The notes below the pieces were generated by a model that saw nothing but the letters and a program-made list of their open reading frames with translations, ran no database searches and had not been told where the DNA came from. Both the position numbers and the translations under genes were made by a program. Positions 33,250-43,014 of a DNA stretch of 64,000 bases are shown piece after piece; within the stretch, counting starts at the first letter, position 1; the number at the start of each line of letters is the position of its first letter. The DNA is from an uncultured Thermoproteaceae archaeon (lineage in GTDB: Archaea; Thermoproteota; Thermoprotei; Thermoproteales; Thermocladiaceae): NCBI GenBank assembly GCA_964575955.1, contig CAZNTG010000007.1, forward strand, positions 65,277 to 129,276, read 5' to 3'.

Positions 33250-35223
33250 TTAGAGTTCTATACTTTCCTTAAGTTTTGACATCAAATTTTCAATCTCCTC
33301 AATCTCATTCTTAAAGAATATTGATAATGTTTTACCCCACTTCTCTTTAACTATATTTAGAAGTTCTGAAGCTTCTTCAACTTTCTCTCTAGCTTTATCG
33401 AAAAGTAGATTATTTATTAATGCTTTAGCTTCATTTAGAAGTTCATAAAGTCTTACAAGTTCATCAGGCATGTGTGCCTTAACGAATGTGTAATATTCAT
33501 TTAATTGATCTCTACTACTTACTAAATACTTCAATACTCTCAATGTTGCTATTCTAAGTAGTGTTGAGTCAATCTTCAATTCTCCAAGCTCTAGTGCTGA
33601 TAGTGCAACTACGTATAGTGCAACTTTAACTCTAGTTCTATTACTAATCTGTACATGTTCTACAAAACTTGCAATTATTGGTGATATATGTTTAGCAATA
33701 TCGTTAAGATTACCATATACGTAGTTTAGTATAGTGTCATGACAGGTATGTACATCCTTCATACTTGCTAATGGTTGAAGCTTCTCTAACTCCATTCTAA
33801 GTTGCCAACCTTTTACTATCAAATTCTCAGTTTCTTCAGGAGATGCATAGTTTAGAAATGATCTAAGTGGAAATCTATCATACAACGCTTGTAGTTCTTC
33901 TTCATCAGGAACTCTATTAGATGATGCATATACAGTCCAAGTTTTTACAGGTATAACCTTATCACCATCATATATAACTCTCTCATTTAATATTGATAGT
34001 AATGTGTTTAATATTGCACTCGATGCATTAAAAATCTCGTCGAGAAGTGCTAGATCTGATTCAACAATACTATTTGAATATATTCTAACAACCTTACCTT
34101 TCAAAAGTTCTGCAATATCTATAGGTCCTAAGATCTCTTCAAGATCTGTAAATTTTGTTAATTGTCTATAGAACCATTTAGCATTTAGAAGTTTAGACAA
34201 TGTGTATATTAGTGTTGTCTTTCCAGTTCCTGGTGGTCCTACTAGAACGTAGTTTTCTCTAGATAGTAATGCTATGAATATTCCTGTAATCTCATCGCTA
34301 AGTTTGTAGAACATTGTCAACATCTTAGAATATGCTTTCCTAACTCTCTCTAGACTTTCCTCAAATATACTTTCCACGTCTAGTTTACGAATATGCATAT
34401 TTATAGGTCTTCCACCAATACACATTATGAATACTGACGCAATTATTAGAGACATACCGAACATATCTAGGTAATTTAGACTTACTTTGAACATAGCTTC
34501 CTCAATCAATGTTGCAGATATAGGTTCAAGACTTAGCGCAAATGCTACTACTGTTGGATTTAACTCTTCATGTGATAATCCTTCAAGCATGTAGCATATG
34601 TACACTATAGCACTTAATGCTAAACATGAAACTACTAGATATGTTATGTTTGAAATTTTATATCCATAAAATGTTGAAAGTATACCACTTAAAAATGCTG
34701 TCTGTATATATGTAACTTCATTAACAACTTCATAACCATACACAACACATAGTCTATTGTAGATCACTACGTATATTGTATATATTAATGCAAGTAGTAT
34801 ACCTGCCACTATACCTATAATACTACAACTTCCAGCATGGAATAGTAATATTAGTCCTGTAACGTATAGTAGTGCTACTATTATCATAATTCTACTATCA
34901 TAACCATCTATGAGCATTGTTAATATTGGATATAGCTGTGATATGAATGCTATTAACGCAGCATTTGTATATTCAATACCAATGTAGAATATAGCCATAC
35001 TAGCAATATTCAATATTGAGAGTAGTGTACCTCCAAGAAGACTTCGATAATCAATACTTAAATTTTTTCTATAAACTTCAAAAAATCCAACAATCGATAA
35101 TGTTAAGTAAATTAGGAAAGTGACAACTAGGTAGTTTCCTAGAGTAAGGGCTACTTCAGTGAGAGGATACGTGAGACCCCAGAGTATCCCCGCAGCAATT
35201 GCGTACAACACTGCACGTCTCAT
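33250..35223 (-). CDS. In-frame DMT/EamA transporter + MoxR/RavA-type AAA+ ATPase (ATPase probably also starts on its own at GTG 34377)
   Basis: First ~270 aa are ten hydrophobic segments (AGILWG, LEPISA); rest has GPPGTGKT, LLDEIFNASSAILNTLL, ALYDRF. Confidence 0.8.
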   Translation of the reverse strand: MRRAVLYAIAAGILWGLTYPLTEVALTLGNYLVVTFLIYLTLSIVGFFEVYRKNLSIDYRSLLGGTLLSILNIASMAIFYIGIEYTNAALIAFISQLYPILTMLIDGYDSRIMIIVALLYVTGLILLFHAGSCSIIGIVAGILLALIYTIYVVIYNRLCVVYGYEVVNEVTYIQTAFLSGILSTFYGYKISNITYLVVSCLALSAIVYICYMLEGLSHEELNPTVVAFALSLEPISATLIEEAMFKVSLNYLDMFGMSLIIASVFIMCIGGRPINMHIRKLDVESIFEESLERVRKAYSKMLTMFYKLSDEITGIFIALLSRENYVLVGPPGTGKTTLIYTLSKLLNAKWFYRQLTKFTDLEEILGPIDIAELLKGKVVRIYSNSIVESDLALLDEIFNASSAILNTLLSILNERVIYDGDKVIPVKTWTVYASSNRVPDEEELQALYDRFPLRSFLNYASPEETENLIVKGWQLRMELEKLQPLASMKDVHTCHDTILNYVYGNLNDIAKHISPIIASFVEHVQISNRTRVKVALYVVALSALELGELKIDSTLLRIATLRVLKYLVSSRDQLNEYYTFVKAHMPDELVRLYELLNEAKALINNLLFDKAREKVEEASELLNIVKEKWGKTLSIFFKNEIEEIENLMSKLKESIEL

Positions 35224-35341
35224 AATCTCACCCCCTGAAATGTTCTCTAACTGAACTAGGGAAACTTAGATCAAGTAGTACAACTACGAACTATATTATA
35301 AACCCTCCTCAATATAGTTTAAATAACTTCTAAAAACAAGT

Positions 35342-36343
35342 ATGATACTGTATATGGGTAAGATATTTCAAAAATCTATTGAATATAAAGGTGTAGAGAT
35401 TGAAGATGTTAAAGTTGAAGCATTTAAAGGAATTTATATGAGAATATTAGTAACTGCTGAGAGAGGATTAAAATCTACAGATATTCTAAGTCCATGGCTT
35501 GAAGATGACGAACTCAGATGGATTGCATATAGAGCAACTTCAACACCTTCAATTGTTGTTGGGAGAATTGAGGCAGGTTTTGAAAAGTTTTTAAAAGCTA
35601 GTGAAACTCCAGATGGTAGAGAAGGTGTTATAATTCAATATTGGTATTCTTATAGAAGTGATATACCAATTGAAGAACAGATAAAGAAATTTTGGAAAGA
35701 AGTTTCTATAAGAATAAGACAGGATATTCTATCATGTTCAGGAGGTACATCGAGAGTATTTAACTACCTACCTGAAAAATACACTATAGGCTATATAGAT
35801 ACTTACGAACTTGTAGGTAAGTGTGGTGGTGGTTATGAGAAGATTGAGTATAAGTATGGTAGAGAGATGATAATTATACCGCTAATGAGTGGATTTGATT
35901 TTGAAATTGAGAGAAGACTTGGGTATGGAATTGGTATTGCAGGAGCAGCACTTTGGATATTTTGTAGAGATGTAGATTCTTGTAGAGAAGCATGTAGAGA
36001 GGCTGTCAAGAGATTGCACATGGTTGAAGGATGTATAGCACCGTTTGGTGCCTGTCCTTCAGGTTCACTTCCTGAAAACTATCCACCTATAGGACCACCA
36101 ACAAACTACTACTACTGTCCATCTTTGAGAAGTGTTTTAAAAGATTTGAGTAAAGTTCCTGAAGGTGTTAATTCGATATTTGAGATAGTTATAAATGCAA
36201 TATCTATAGAATATTTGAAGAGAGCTTTCAAGGAGTGTATAGATATTTTAGTTAGATATCCAGGTGTTTTAGGTATATCTGCAGCTAACTATGGAGGAAA
36301 GCTTGGAGAATTGATTATGAGTCTTAGAGATGTTCTAACTTGA
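35342..36343 (+). CDS. ftr: Formylmethanofuran:tetrahydromethanopterin formyltransferase (Ftr)-like protein
   Basis: IEDVKVEAF, RILVTA, TPDGREGVIIQ, RIRQDIL, EIVINA, ISAANYGGKLG. Confidence 0.85.
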   Translation: MILYMGKIFQKSIEYKGVEIEDVKVEAFKGIYMRILVTAERGLKSTDILSPWLEDDELRWIAYRATSTPSIVVGRIEAGFEKFLKASETPDGREGVIIQYWYSYRSDIPIEEQIKKFWKEVSIRIRQDILSCSGGTSRVFNYLPEKYTIGYIDTYELVGKCGGGYEKIEYKYGREMIIIPLMSGFDFEIERRLGYGIGIAGAALWIFCRDVDSCREACREAVKRLHMVEGCIAPFGACPSGSLPENYPPIGPPTNYYYCPSLRSVLKDLSKVPEGVNSIFEIVINAISIEYLKRAFKECIDILVRYPGVLGISAANYGGKLGELIMSLRDVLT

Positions 36344-36670
36344 CAATGCCTCTAGTATGAGTTTCTCAGCATGACTTGGATTATTCTTAGCAATCTCCCA
36401 TAAAAACATTCCTTCATGAACAACATAGTTTAGAGATCTGGATTTTTGAAATCTTTTTCTAACCTCACTTTTTAGAAGCTTCTTTAAGACAAGTCTCTTT
36501 AATAGCATTGATACTCTAACAATACTACTCTGATCTATGTTCTCACCTGCAATCTTAAGTAGAAGTTTTGCACGAATTGTAACTCTCTTACCACGACTTT
36601 CATATATTAACTTGATTAATGCTTTCACAAGTCTTAACTCGAAATCTCTATTAGACGAGTCTTCGTTCAC
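36335..36670 (-). CDS. Small basic winged-helix-like protein
   Basis: Basic helical ORF ending in a wing-like beta hairpin. Confidence 0.5.
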   Translation of the reverse strand: MNEDSSNRDFELRLVKALIKLIYESRGKRVTIRAKLLLKIAGENIDQSSIVRVSMLLKRLVLKKLLKSEVRKRFQKSRSLNYVVHEGMFLWEIAKNNPSHAEKLILEALSS

Positions 36671-36719
36671 GCTCTCTCCTCTAGATATTGCTTTTCTGTG
36701 AGTTTAATTAAGATTTCTT

Positions 36720-37349
36720 CTATACTAATTTTGCAACTTTTTGAATAAAATACTTGAATACTCTAGTATCTTTAGTAAGTTCTGGATGAAATGCTGCTGC
36801 TAGAATATGTTCTTCACGTGCCATAACTATCAAATCTCCAAATTTTACATGTTTTACAGATGCTAGTGGTCTAGCGTTACCCCAACATCTTATTGCTGCA
36901 GGAGCTCTTATGAATACTGCTCTTATAGGTTTTTCATCTATCTCTGGAATTTTTAAATCTACTTCAAAAGATTCTCTCTGTCTGCCAAACACGTTTCTAA
37001 TAACTGAAATATTCATAACTCCTAAAATTGGTTGACCAGTCTCACCTACAACAGCATCTTTAACTTCTTTAGCAAGCATTATCATTCCAGCACATGTACC
37101 AAATACTGGAAGTCCATTTAGAATTTTTTCACGAAGTTTATCTAAAATACCTGTTCTTCTTGAAAGTACTCCTATTGTTGTTGATTCACCACCGGGTATA
37201 GATATGCAGTCTATCTGTTCGAGATGTTCTGGCTTTTTTACAAGAACTATCCTATACTTAACTCCAAGTTCTTCAAAAGCATTTTTGAAAGCATATACAT
37301 GTTCTTCAATATCTCCCTGAAGAGCTAAAACACCGGCATTGATAGTCAT
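36720..37349 (-). CDS. pdxT: PLP synthase glutaminase subunit
   Basis: GVLALQGD, IPGGESTT, GTCAGMI, GRQRESFE, FIRAP, FHPEL. Confidence 0.96.
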   Translation of the reverse strand: MTINAGVLALQGDIEEHVYAFKNAFEELGVKYRIVLVKKPEHLEQIDCISIPGGESTTIGVLSRRTGILDKLREKILNGLPVFGTCAGMIMLAKEVKDAVVGETGQPILGVMNISVIRNVFGRQRESFEVDLKIPEIDEKPIRAVFIRAPAAIRCWGNARPLASVKHVKFGDLIVMAREEHILAAAFHPELTKDTRVFKYFIQKVAKLV

Positions 37350-37410
37350 ACTTTACATCTATGTAGACGTGTAGTCTCAATTTTAAATTATTCGCTATAG
37401 TCATGATATG

Positions 37411-37461
37411 TCAGTCATGACCTACTCTTCACCAAGTATCAGTATACCCGTTAATCATCAC
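37411..37461 (-). ncRNA. Box C/D sRNA
   Basis: Revcomp GTGATGA-TTAACGGGTATA-CTGA-TACTTG-GTGAAGA-GTAGGTCATGA-CTGA. Confidence 0.85.
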
Positions 37462-37501
37462 GACATTTATATCTTGTCAAGTCTGTTAAATATGTGTAAC
37501 T

Positions 37502-38497
37502 ATGGTTCAGGTAGTTAGATTTGAACAGCTTTGGGTTGAGAAGTATCGTCCTAGGAGGATTGACGATATTATAGATCAAGATCATGTTAAAGAGAGAATT
37601 AAGGAATTTCTAAACATTGGTGATCTTCCTCATATGCTTTTTTATGGTCCTCCTGGTGTTGGTAAGACTACTATGGCTCTTGCAATTGCATATGAACTTT
37701 ATGGTGATTCATGGAGAGAAAATGTATTAGAACTAAACGCAAGCGACGAAAGAGGAATTGCAGTTATTAGAGAGAAGGTTAAGGAATTTGCTAGAAGTAT
37801 ACCTACTTCAGGAAAGGTATCGTTTAGACTTATAATACTTGATGAGGCTGACAATATGACTGAAGATGCTCAACAAGCTTTGAGACGTATAATGGAAATA
37901 TACTACTCAACTGCTAGATTTATACTAATAGCAAACTACGTGTCAGGTATTATTGAGCCTATACAGTCTAGATGTGCAGTGTTTAGATTCACACTAATAC
38001 CTAAGGAGGCTGTATTTGAGAGATTGAGATATATAGCAAAATGTGAAGGTCTTGAGGTTTCTGATGATGGTCTTGAAGCTATTTGGGACATATCTCAAGG
38101 AGATATGAGAAAAGCAATAAACACACTACAAGCAGCAGCAGCAATATCAAGAAAGATTGATGCTGAGACAGTGTATAAAGCTCTTGGAAAGGCAAGTCCA
38201 TCATTGATGAGAGCTTTCGTTCAGGAAGCTATACAGGGAGAATTTAGTAAAGCTATGAAGAGATTAGAAGAGCTTTTCAACATATATTGTGCAGATCCTA
38301 TAGATATTGTAAAGACTATCCATAGAGAAGTTATGTCACCATACTCAACATTGAAAATTCCTGAAGAGTTGAAACCTAAGATAATAGCGTTAATAGGAGA
38401 AGCACATTACAGAATACTTAGAGGTGCTGATCCAAGATTGCAAATTCTAGGTCTTTTATGTAAAATTAGGAATTACATTTCGGAAGCTGGAAAGTAG
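37502..38497 (+). CDS. rfcS: Replication factor C small subunit (no intein)
   Basis: WVEKYRP, GPPGVGKTT, ELNASDERG, LDEAD, IQSRC, GDMRKAIN. Confidence 0.96.
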   Translation: MVQVVRFEQLWVEKYRPRRIDDIIDQDHVKERIKEFLNIGDLPHMLFYGPPGVGKTTMALAIAYELYGDSWRENVLELNASDERGIAVIREKVKEFARSIPTSGKVSFRLIILDEADNMTEDAQQALRRIMEIYYSTARFILIANYVSGIIEPIQSRCAVFRFTLIPKEAVFERLRYIAKCEGLEVSDDGLEAIWDISQGDMRKAINTLQAAAAISRKIDAETVYKALGKASPSLMRAFVQEAIQGEFSKAMKRLEELFNIYCADPIDIVKTIHREVMSPYSTLKIPEELKPKIIALIGEAHYRILRGADPRLQILGLLCKIRNYISEAGK

Positions 38498-38597
38498 AGT
38501 AAAACATAAACAGGGACATATCTATACACTGTTTACAGCGAAAGGTTTTTAAAAGTCTTTTCACTTACTCAAACACAAAGCTTAAAAGGGTGCTAGT

Positions 38598-39692
38598 ATG
38601 AGTACAACATTCCCAACCCCAGACTCCGGAAAGACCGAAGAGAGGAAGATAGCAAGTACAAGCGACCAAAGTTCAACACAGTCAAAGCCAACTCCAACAT
38701 CAGTACTTGAGAAGCTGTACTCTATACATAAGAAAGCAAAAACTGAACAGGTACAGCAAGTACAGGAGCGTGAATCTCAAGAACATGCACTAGTATGTCC
38801 ACACTGTGGATCTACTAGAATCATAAAGAATGAACTTGGACAGCTTGTATGTGAGAGGTGTGGATTTGTTCTTGAAGATAGACCAATAGATCTAGGACCT
38901 GAGTGGAGAGCATTTACACCAGAGGAGAAGGATGCTAGAGCTAGAACTGGAGGACCATTAAGACATGTTGGTCTAACTAGTGAATCATTAACTACGAAGA
39001 TAGAGCTTGTACATAAAGACTCTAGTGGTAAAGAGTTATCACTAAAGCAGAAGCTTGAGATAATAAAGTTCAGGAAGTGGCAACAGAGAATTAGAATTCA
39101 GACAAGTCATGAGAGAAATACATTGCAAGCACTTAATGAGCTTAATAGACTTGCATCACAGTTAAATATTCCAAAAGCAGTAATTGATGAAGCACTTGCA
39201 ATATATATGAAGGTTCTAGAACAGGGACTTGTAAAGGGTAGAAGTATTGAAGCTATTGTTGCAGCATGTCTACATATGGCATGTAGAAAACACAACATAC
39301 CGAGAAGCTTAGATGAGATAGCACAATATACAAAGGCTACACGTAAAGAAATAGCTAGATGTTTTAGACTAATTGCAAGAGAGCTAGGTATTAGACTACC
39401 ACTAGCAGATCCAAGGACGTATGTTCCAAGAATATGTGATCAATTGAAGCTTAGTGGTGAAATTATGAAAGAAGCTATAAGAATACTTGAAGAAGCTAAA
39501 CGTAGAGGATTAACAGCAGGTAAAGATCCAGCAGGACTGGCAGCAGCTGCAGTATACATAGCATCTCTACTCAAGGGTGAGATTAGAACTCAGAAAGAGG
39601 TTGCAATGGCTGCACAGGTAACCGAGGTAACTGTTAGAAATAGGTATAAAGAACTTGCAAAAGAGCTTAACATAAAGATACCAATTAAGTAA
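38598..39692 (+). CDS. tfb: Transcription initiation factor TFB
   Basis: CPHC..CERC zinc ribbon, GPEWRAF, GRSIE, GKDPAGLAAA, VTEVTVRNRYKEL. Confidence 0.96.
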   Translation: MSTTFPTPDSGKTEERKIASTSDQSSTQSKPTPTSVLEKLYSIHKKAKTEQVQQVQERESQEHALVCPHCGSTRIIKNELGQLVCERCGFVLEDRPIDLGPEWRAFTPEEKDARARTGGPLRHVGLTSESLTTKIELVHKDSSGKELSLKQKLEIIKFRKWQQRIRIQTSHERNTLQALNELNRLASQLNIPKAVIDEALAIYMKVLEQGLVKGRSIEAIVAACLHMACRKHNIPRSLDEIAQYTKATRKEIARCFRLIARELGIRLPLADPRTYVPRICDQLKLSGEIMKEAIRILEEAKRRGLTAGKDPAGLAAAAVYIASLLKGEIRTQKEVAMAAQVTEVTVRNRYKELAKELNIKIPIK

Positions 39693-39726
39693 AATAGTTA
39701 AATATACACATAAAATTCAGCTAATA

Positions 39727-40161
39727 ATGTTCGTTAAAGGAGTAAAATATGTTGAACTCTGTAAGATATGTGACGCTATTAGAAGTAGAAAGTTTGTAAT
39801 AGATGAAGATGATAATTACATAGTATATGTATGTGAAAGACCGTACAACAATGGTCATATCGTAGTTGCACTTAAAGAGCATAAATCTATAGATGATGTT
39901 AATGAATACACTATATGCGAAATGTTTAAAATAGTTAAAAGATGTTTAAAAGTTCTATCTGAAGCATATACTCCTCATGGATTTAATATCGATATTATAT
40001 ACAGACCACACCTAGCAATGCAGGTTGTTCCAAGATGGAATGGTGATGCTAGTTTTGTATCTGTTTTCCATAATACTAGAGTAATTGCAGAACCACCACA
40101 ATATACATTAAAGCATATTAAAGAGGTTATCAATAATTTAGGTATTAAAATTTTAGAGTAG
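39727..40161 (+). CDS. HIT-family protein with degenerate histidine triad
   Basis: CKIC, PYNNGHI, PHGFNI, HLAMQVVPRWNGD. Confidence 0.8.
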   Translation: MFVKGVKYVELCKICDAIRSRKFVIDEDDNYIVYVCERPYNNGHIVVALKEHKSIDDVNEYTICEMFKIVKRCLKVLSEAYTPHGFNIDIIYRPHLAMQVVPRWNGDASFVSVFHNTRVIAEPPQYTLKHIKEVINNLGIKILE

Positions 40162-40530
40162 ATGTTTGTTTATGATGTTGTATTTTCTATAATAGTTGTA
40201 TCTATAAATCTCATAATGTTTATTAGATTAGTAAATGATTATAAACTCATATTTACAGTATCTAAATTATTAAGAAAGGAGTATAAAGTAACTCCTAGAA
40301 GACCATTAATAATTCCACTTGGTTTAAATATGTTCTTATCAAATTATGAAATTACTAAAGTTGAATGTCCTACAGGTGAGGTATCTCTAATACATCCAGA
40401 CACGTTATATATCAAAGATATACAACCTGACATATATACAGGAAAAGCATATCTATATGTTAGTGTTAGAGTTTATGGTAGACTAGGTACTTATGAGATT
40501 ACTAGAAGAATAACTTTATCGTTCGTATAG
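40162..40530 (+). CDS. Hypothetical protein, N-terminal TM
   Basis: ORF abutting HIT gene stop. Confidence 0.55.
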   Translation: MFVYDVVFSIIVVSINLIMFIRLVNDYKLIFTVSKLLRKEYKVTPRRPLIIPLGLNMFLSNYEITKVECPTGEVSLIHPDTLYIKDIQPDIYTGKAYLYVSVRVYGRLGTYEITRRITLSFV

Positions 40531-40531
40531 A

Positions 40532-40885
40532 CTATCTTCTCTTCAAAATTTCAATACTTAACAATGTAAATATTATATCTATGAGAAAATTACTTGTAAA
40601 TGCTACATATATTGTTAAAATTCTAAGTCCTGACATGAGTAGTACTATTAGAAGTACTAGATCTGCAAATATGCAGGTTAGTGCGGATATCAGAAGTAGT
40701 ATTTTTCCTTTTTCTTGAGCGATACTATATGTTAGTAATGATATCAATACTATACATAGTTCAAATATCTGTAATGCTATTATTAATCTTGTATAGAGTA
40801 GAAACATGAAACTTGTCAATAGTAGATATATTAATGCTAATTCTATTCCTCTAACATATAGCAACACTGCTAATATCCTCTTCAT
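40532..40885 (-). CDS. Hypothetical 4-TM membrane protein
   Basis: Four hydrophobic segments; fills the gap between genes. Confidence 0.55.
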   Translation of the reverse strand: MKRILAVLLYVRGIELALIYLLLTSFMFLLYTRLIIALQIFELCIVLISLLTYSIAQEKGKILLLISALTCIFADLVLLIVLLMSGLRILTIYVAFTSNFLIDIIFTLLSIEILKRR

Positions 40886-40951
40886 TATTTAAGCTAGTGC
40901 TATGTATGGAGGAACATTTTTAAAGTGTAGCATGTATGTAAGCTGAGTAAA

Positions 40952-41434
40952 ATGTCATCTACATCATCTACAGGTCAGGTAAGGGTAGAACCACCACCTC
41001 CACCATTAGTTAAAGTTCCAAGATTGATACAGTATGGTGGATTACCACCACGTGAGTGGAAGGTTGGTAGAGGATATTCTATTGGTGAGATTAAGGCACT
41101 TGGACTATCTGTTAGAGATGCTAGACTACTAGGCATATATGTTGATGAGAGAAGAAAGACAGTATGGCAACACAATATTGAGAGATTGAGAGAGTGGCTC
41201 ATCAAGGTTTTGAAAGGTGAGATATTACCACCTGACCCAACATTACCAAAGGTGATTAAGATTAAGAGAAAGAGAGGAAGAGTGTTTAGAGGATTGACAC
41301 CTGCAGGTAGGAGAATGAGAGGATTGATGTCAGTTAAGTTGAAGGAGACTCATAGACATAAGTGGAAGAAGAAGCAGAAGGAGAGAGAGTTGAAGAAGAG
41401 GCATGAAGCAGTGAGAGCTAAGGGAGGTCATTAA
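40952..41434 (+). CDS. rpl13e: 50S ribosomal protein L13e (extended C-terminus)
   Basis: [29 protein letters not shown]; basic tail. Confidence 0.9.
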   Translation: MSSTSSTGQVRVEPPPPPLVKVPRLIQYGGLPPREWKVGRGYSIGEIKALGLSVRDARLLGIYVDERRKTVWQHNIERLREWLIKVLKGEILPPDPTLPKVIKIKRKRGRVFRGLTPAGRRMRGLMSVKLKETHRHKWKKKQKERELKKRHEAVRAKGGH

Positions 41435-41467
41435 GAATTTATAAGTATAGAAGTCCTAACTATCTAA

Positions 41468-42172
41468 TCATCCCAAGATTATTGGTATTATCTCTGTGAG
41501 TTTACTTACTGAAAAGTCAGGTACTATATCAGTCTTCCTACTAAGCCTATTTACAAATATTATTTTCAGTCCTACAAGCTTAGAACCTATTAAATCTTCT
41601 AAAAGACCGCTAACAATTACTGAATTATCTTTACTAGCTTTTGCACGTGTTAATGCTGCTTGGTAGATCTTTAATGATGGTTTACCAGCTCTTGAAAGAT
41701 CTGAACTAATAACACCTCTAAAATATTTTAACATGTTATATCTTAGTAGTATCTTCTTAGCAATATCATTATCGAGATTTGTCAATACGTACATATCTAC
41801 ATTGTTTTCACTTAATTTAGAGATTGTCTCTGAAACATCTTCATAAAGTTCTGCCTGTTCTACAAATATTGAAGATATTGCATTACTGAAGTAGTCTAGT
41901 TCTTGAGGACTTAGACTTAGTGTATATTGTTTAACTACTGTTATCACAACTTCTCTAGCTAATTGTCTAAGTGATCTGTAGATACCCTTACTTATAAGTG
42001 CATTATACTTATTAGACCACTCATTACGTACCTTATCTGTAATTTCTTCATATGTTGCTGGTAGTCTTAATTCACTTAGCAGTAATCTAGCTATCTCTTC
42101 ATAAAGTCTCTCAACTTTAATCAACGTATCTAAAAGCTCAAAGAACACAACTTTAAATCTCATGAACTTCAT
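41468..42172 (-). CDS. HAD-family protein with degenerate motif I
   Basis: VVFFELLDTL, LTN, SSDLSRAGKPSLKIY, EDLIGS. Confidence 0.8.
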   Translation of the reverse strand: MKFMRFKVVFFELLDTLIKVERLYEEIARLLLSELRLPATYEEITDKVRNEWSNKYNALISKGIYRSLRQLAREVVITVVKQYTLSLSPQELDYFSNAISSIFVEQAELYEDVSETISKLSENNVDMYVLTNLDNDIAKKILLRYNMLKYFRGVISSDLSRAGKPSLKIYQAALTRAKASKDNSVIVSGLLEDLIGSKLVGLKIIFVNRLSRKTDIVPDFSVSKLTEIIPIILG

Positions 42173-42211
42173 GAAGTTATTTTAGAGTTTTAAAAAATTC
42201 ACTATGTATAG

Positions 42212-42958
42212 TTAAAATTCTGCTAACGAACCTAGTCTTCTCAAGTTTCTGATAATATCACTAACGCTCAATTTTGTAACTACTAGAGGTATTCTATCTC
42301 TCTTAGCAATTTCAACACCTAGAGGATCTGGCTTATCAACACCATGTAGTACAACTACTGCAGGTCTTAAATCTGTAAATGCTAGAAATGTGTGAATTGC
42401 TATTAGTGGAGATCTACCATATTTAACATTTGTAAATATTGCAGCTCTCTCTGTTGTTGTACCGTATAGTTTAAAATATTCTTGTGGAGAAACTTCAAGA
42501 ACAAGTCTAATACTGTCAACTATTGTATAGCCATGAATATCTATTTTTTGAAATTCAGGCATTACAACTACCTCACCATCAATAGCTTTTAAAAAATCTT
42601 CAAATGATACAGGTTTTGGAAATTCCATCATATCTATGACAGCTATGAGATATCTATCACTCATACTTAACTGTCTCATAAGTAGTTCAAGTCTTCGACC
42701 ACCTCTCTCAAGCTCTATAGATATTAATGTTGATACAAATTTCTTAATGAAGTAAGATCCAGGACTTCTTCTCCTACCTGACTCATAGTCACTAATAACG
42801 CTTGGAGTTGTACCCATCCTCTCAGCAAGCTCTGCCTGTGATACTTCAAAATACTCTCTCCACTTCCTCATAACTTTGCCAGGATTATCAGAAAGTACTA
42901 TCTCTCCTGCAATTAGTCTAGAAATATCTGAGAGTAAATCTCTACCAAAGTCTAGCAT
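42212..42958 (-). CDS. XRE-type HTH transcriptional regulator (archaeal COG1709-like)
   Basis: IAGEIVLS, MRKWREYFEVSQAELA, SVISDYESGRR, GRSPLIA. Confidence 0.88.
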   Translation of the reverse strand: MLDFGRDLLSDISRLIAGEIVLSDNPGKVMRKWREYFEVSQAELAERMGTTPSVISDYESGRRRSPGSYFIKKFVSTLISIELERGGRRLELLMRQLSMSDRYLIAVIDMMEFPKPVSFEDFLKAIDGEVVVMPEFQKIDIHGYTIVDSIRLVLEVSPQEYFKLYGTTTERAAIFTNVKYGRSPLIAIHTFLAFTDLRPAVVVLHGVDKPDPLGVEIAKRDRIPLVVTKLSVSDIIRNLRRLGSLAEF

Positions 42959-43014
42959 TCATAATGTACCTTAAGAACAACGTTTAAAACCTTCATCATA
43001 TATACAACGGAGAA

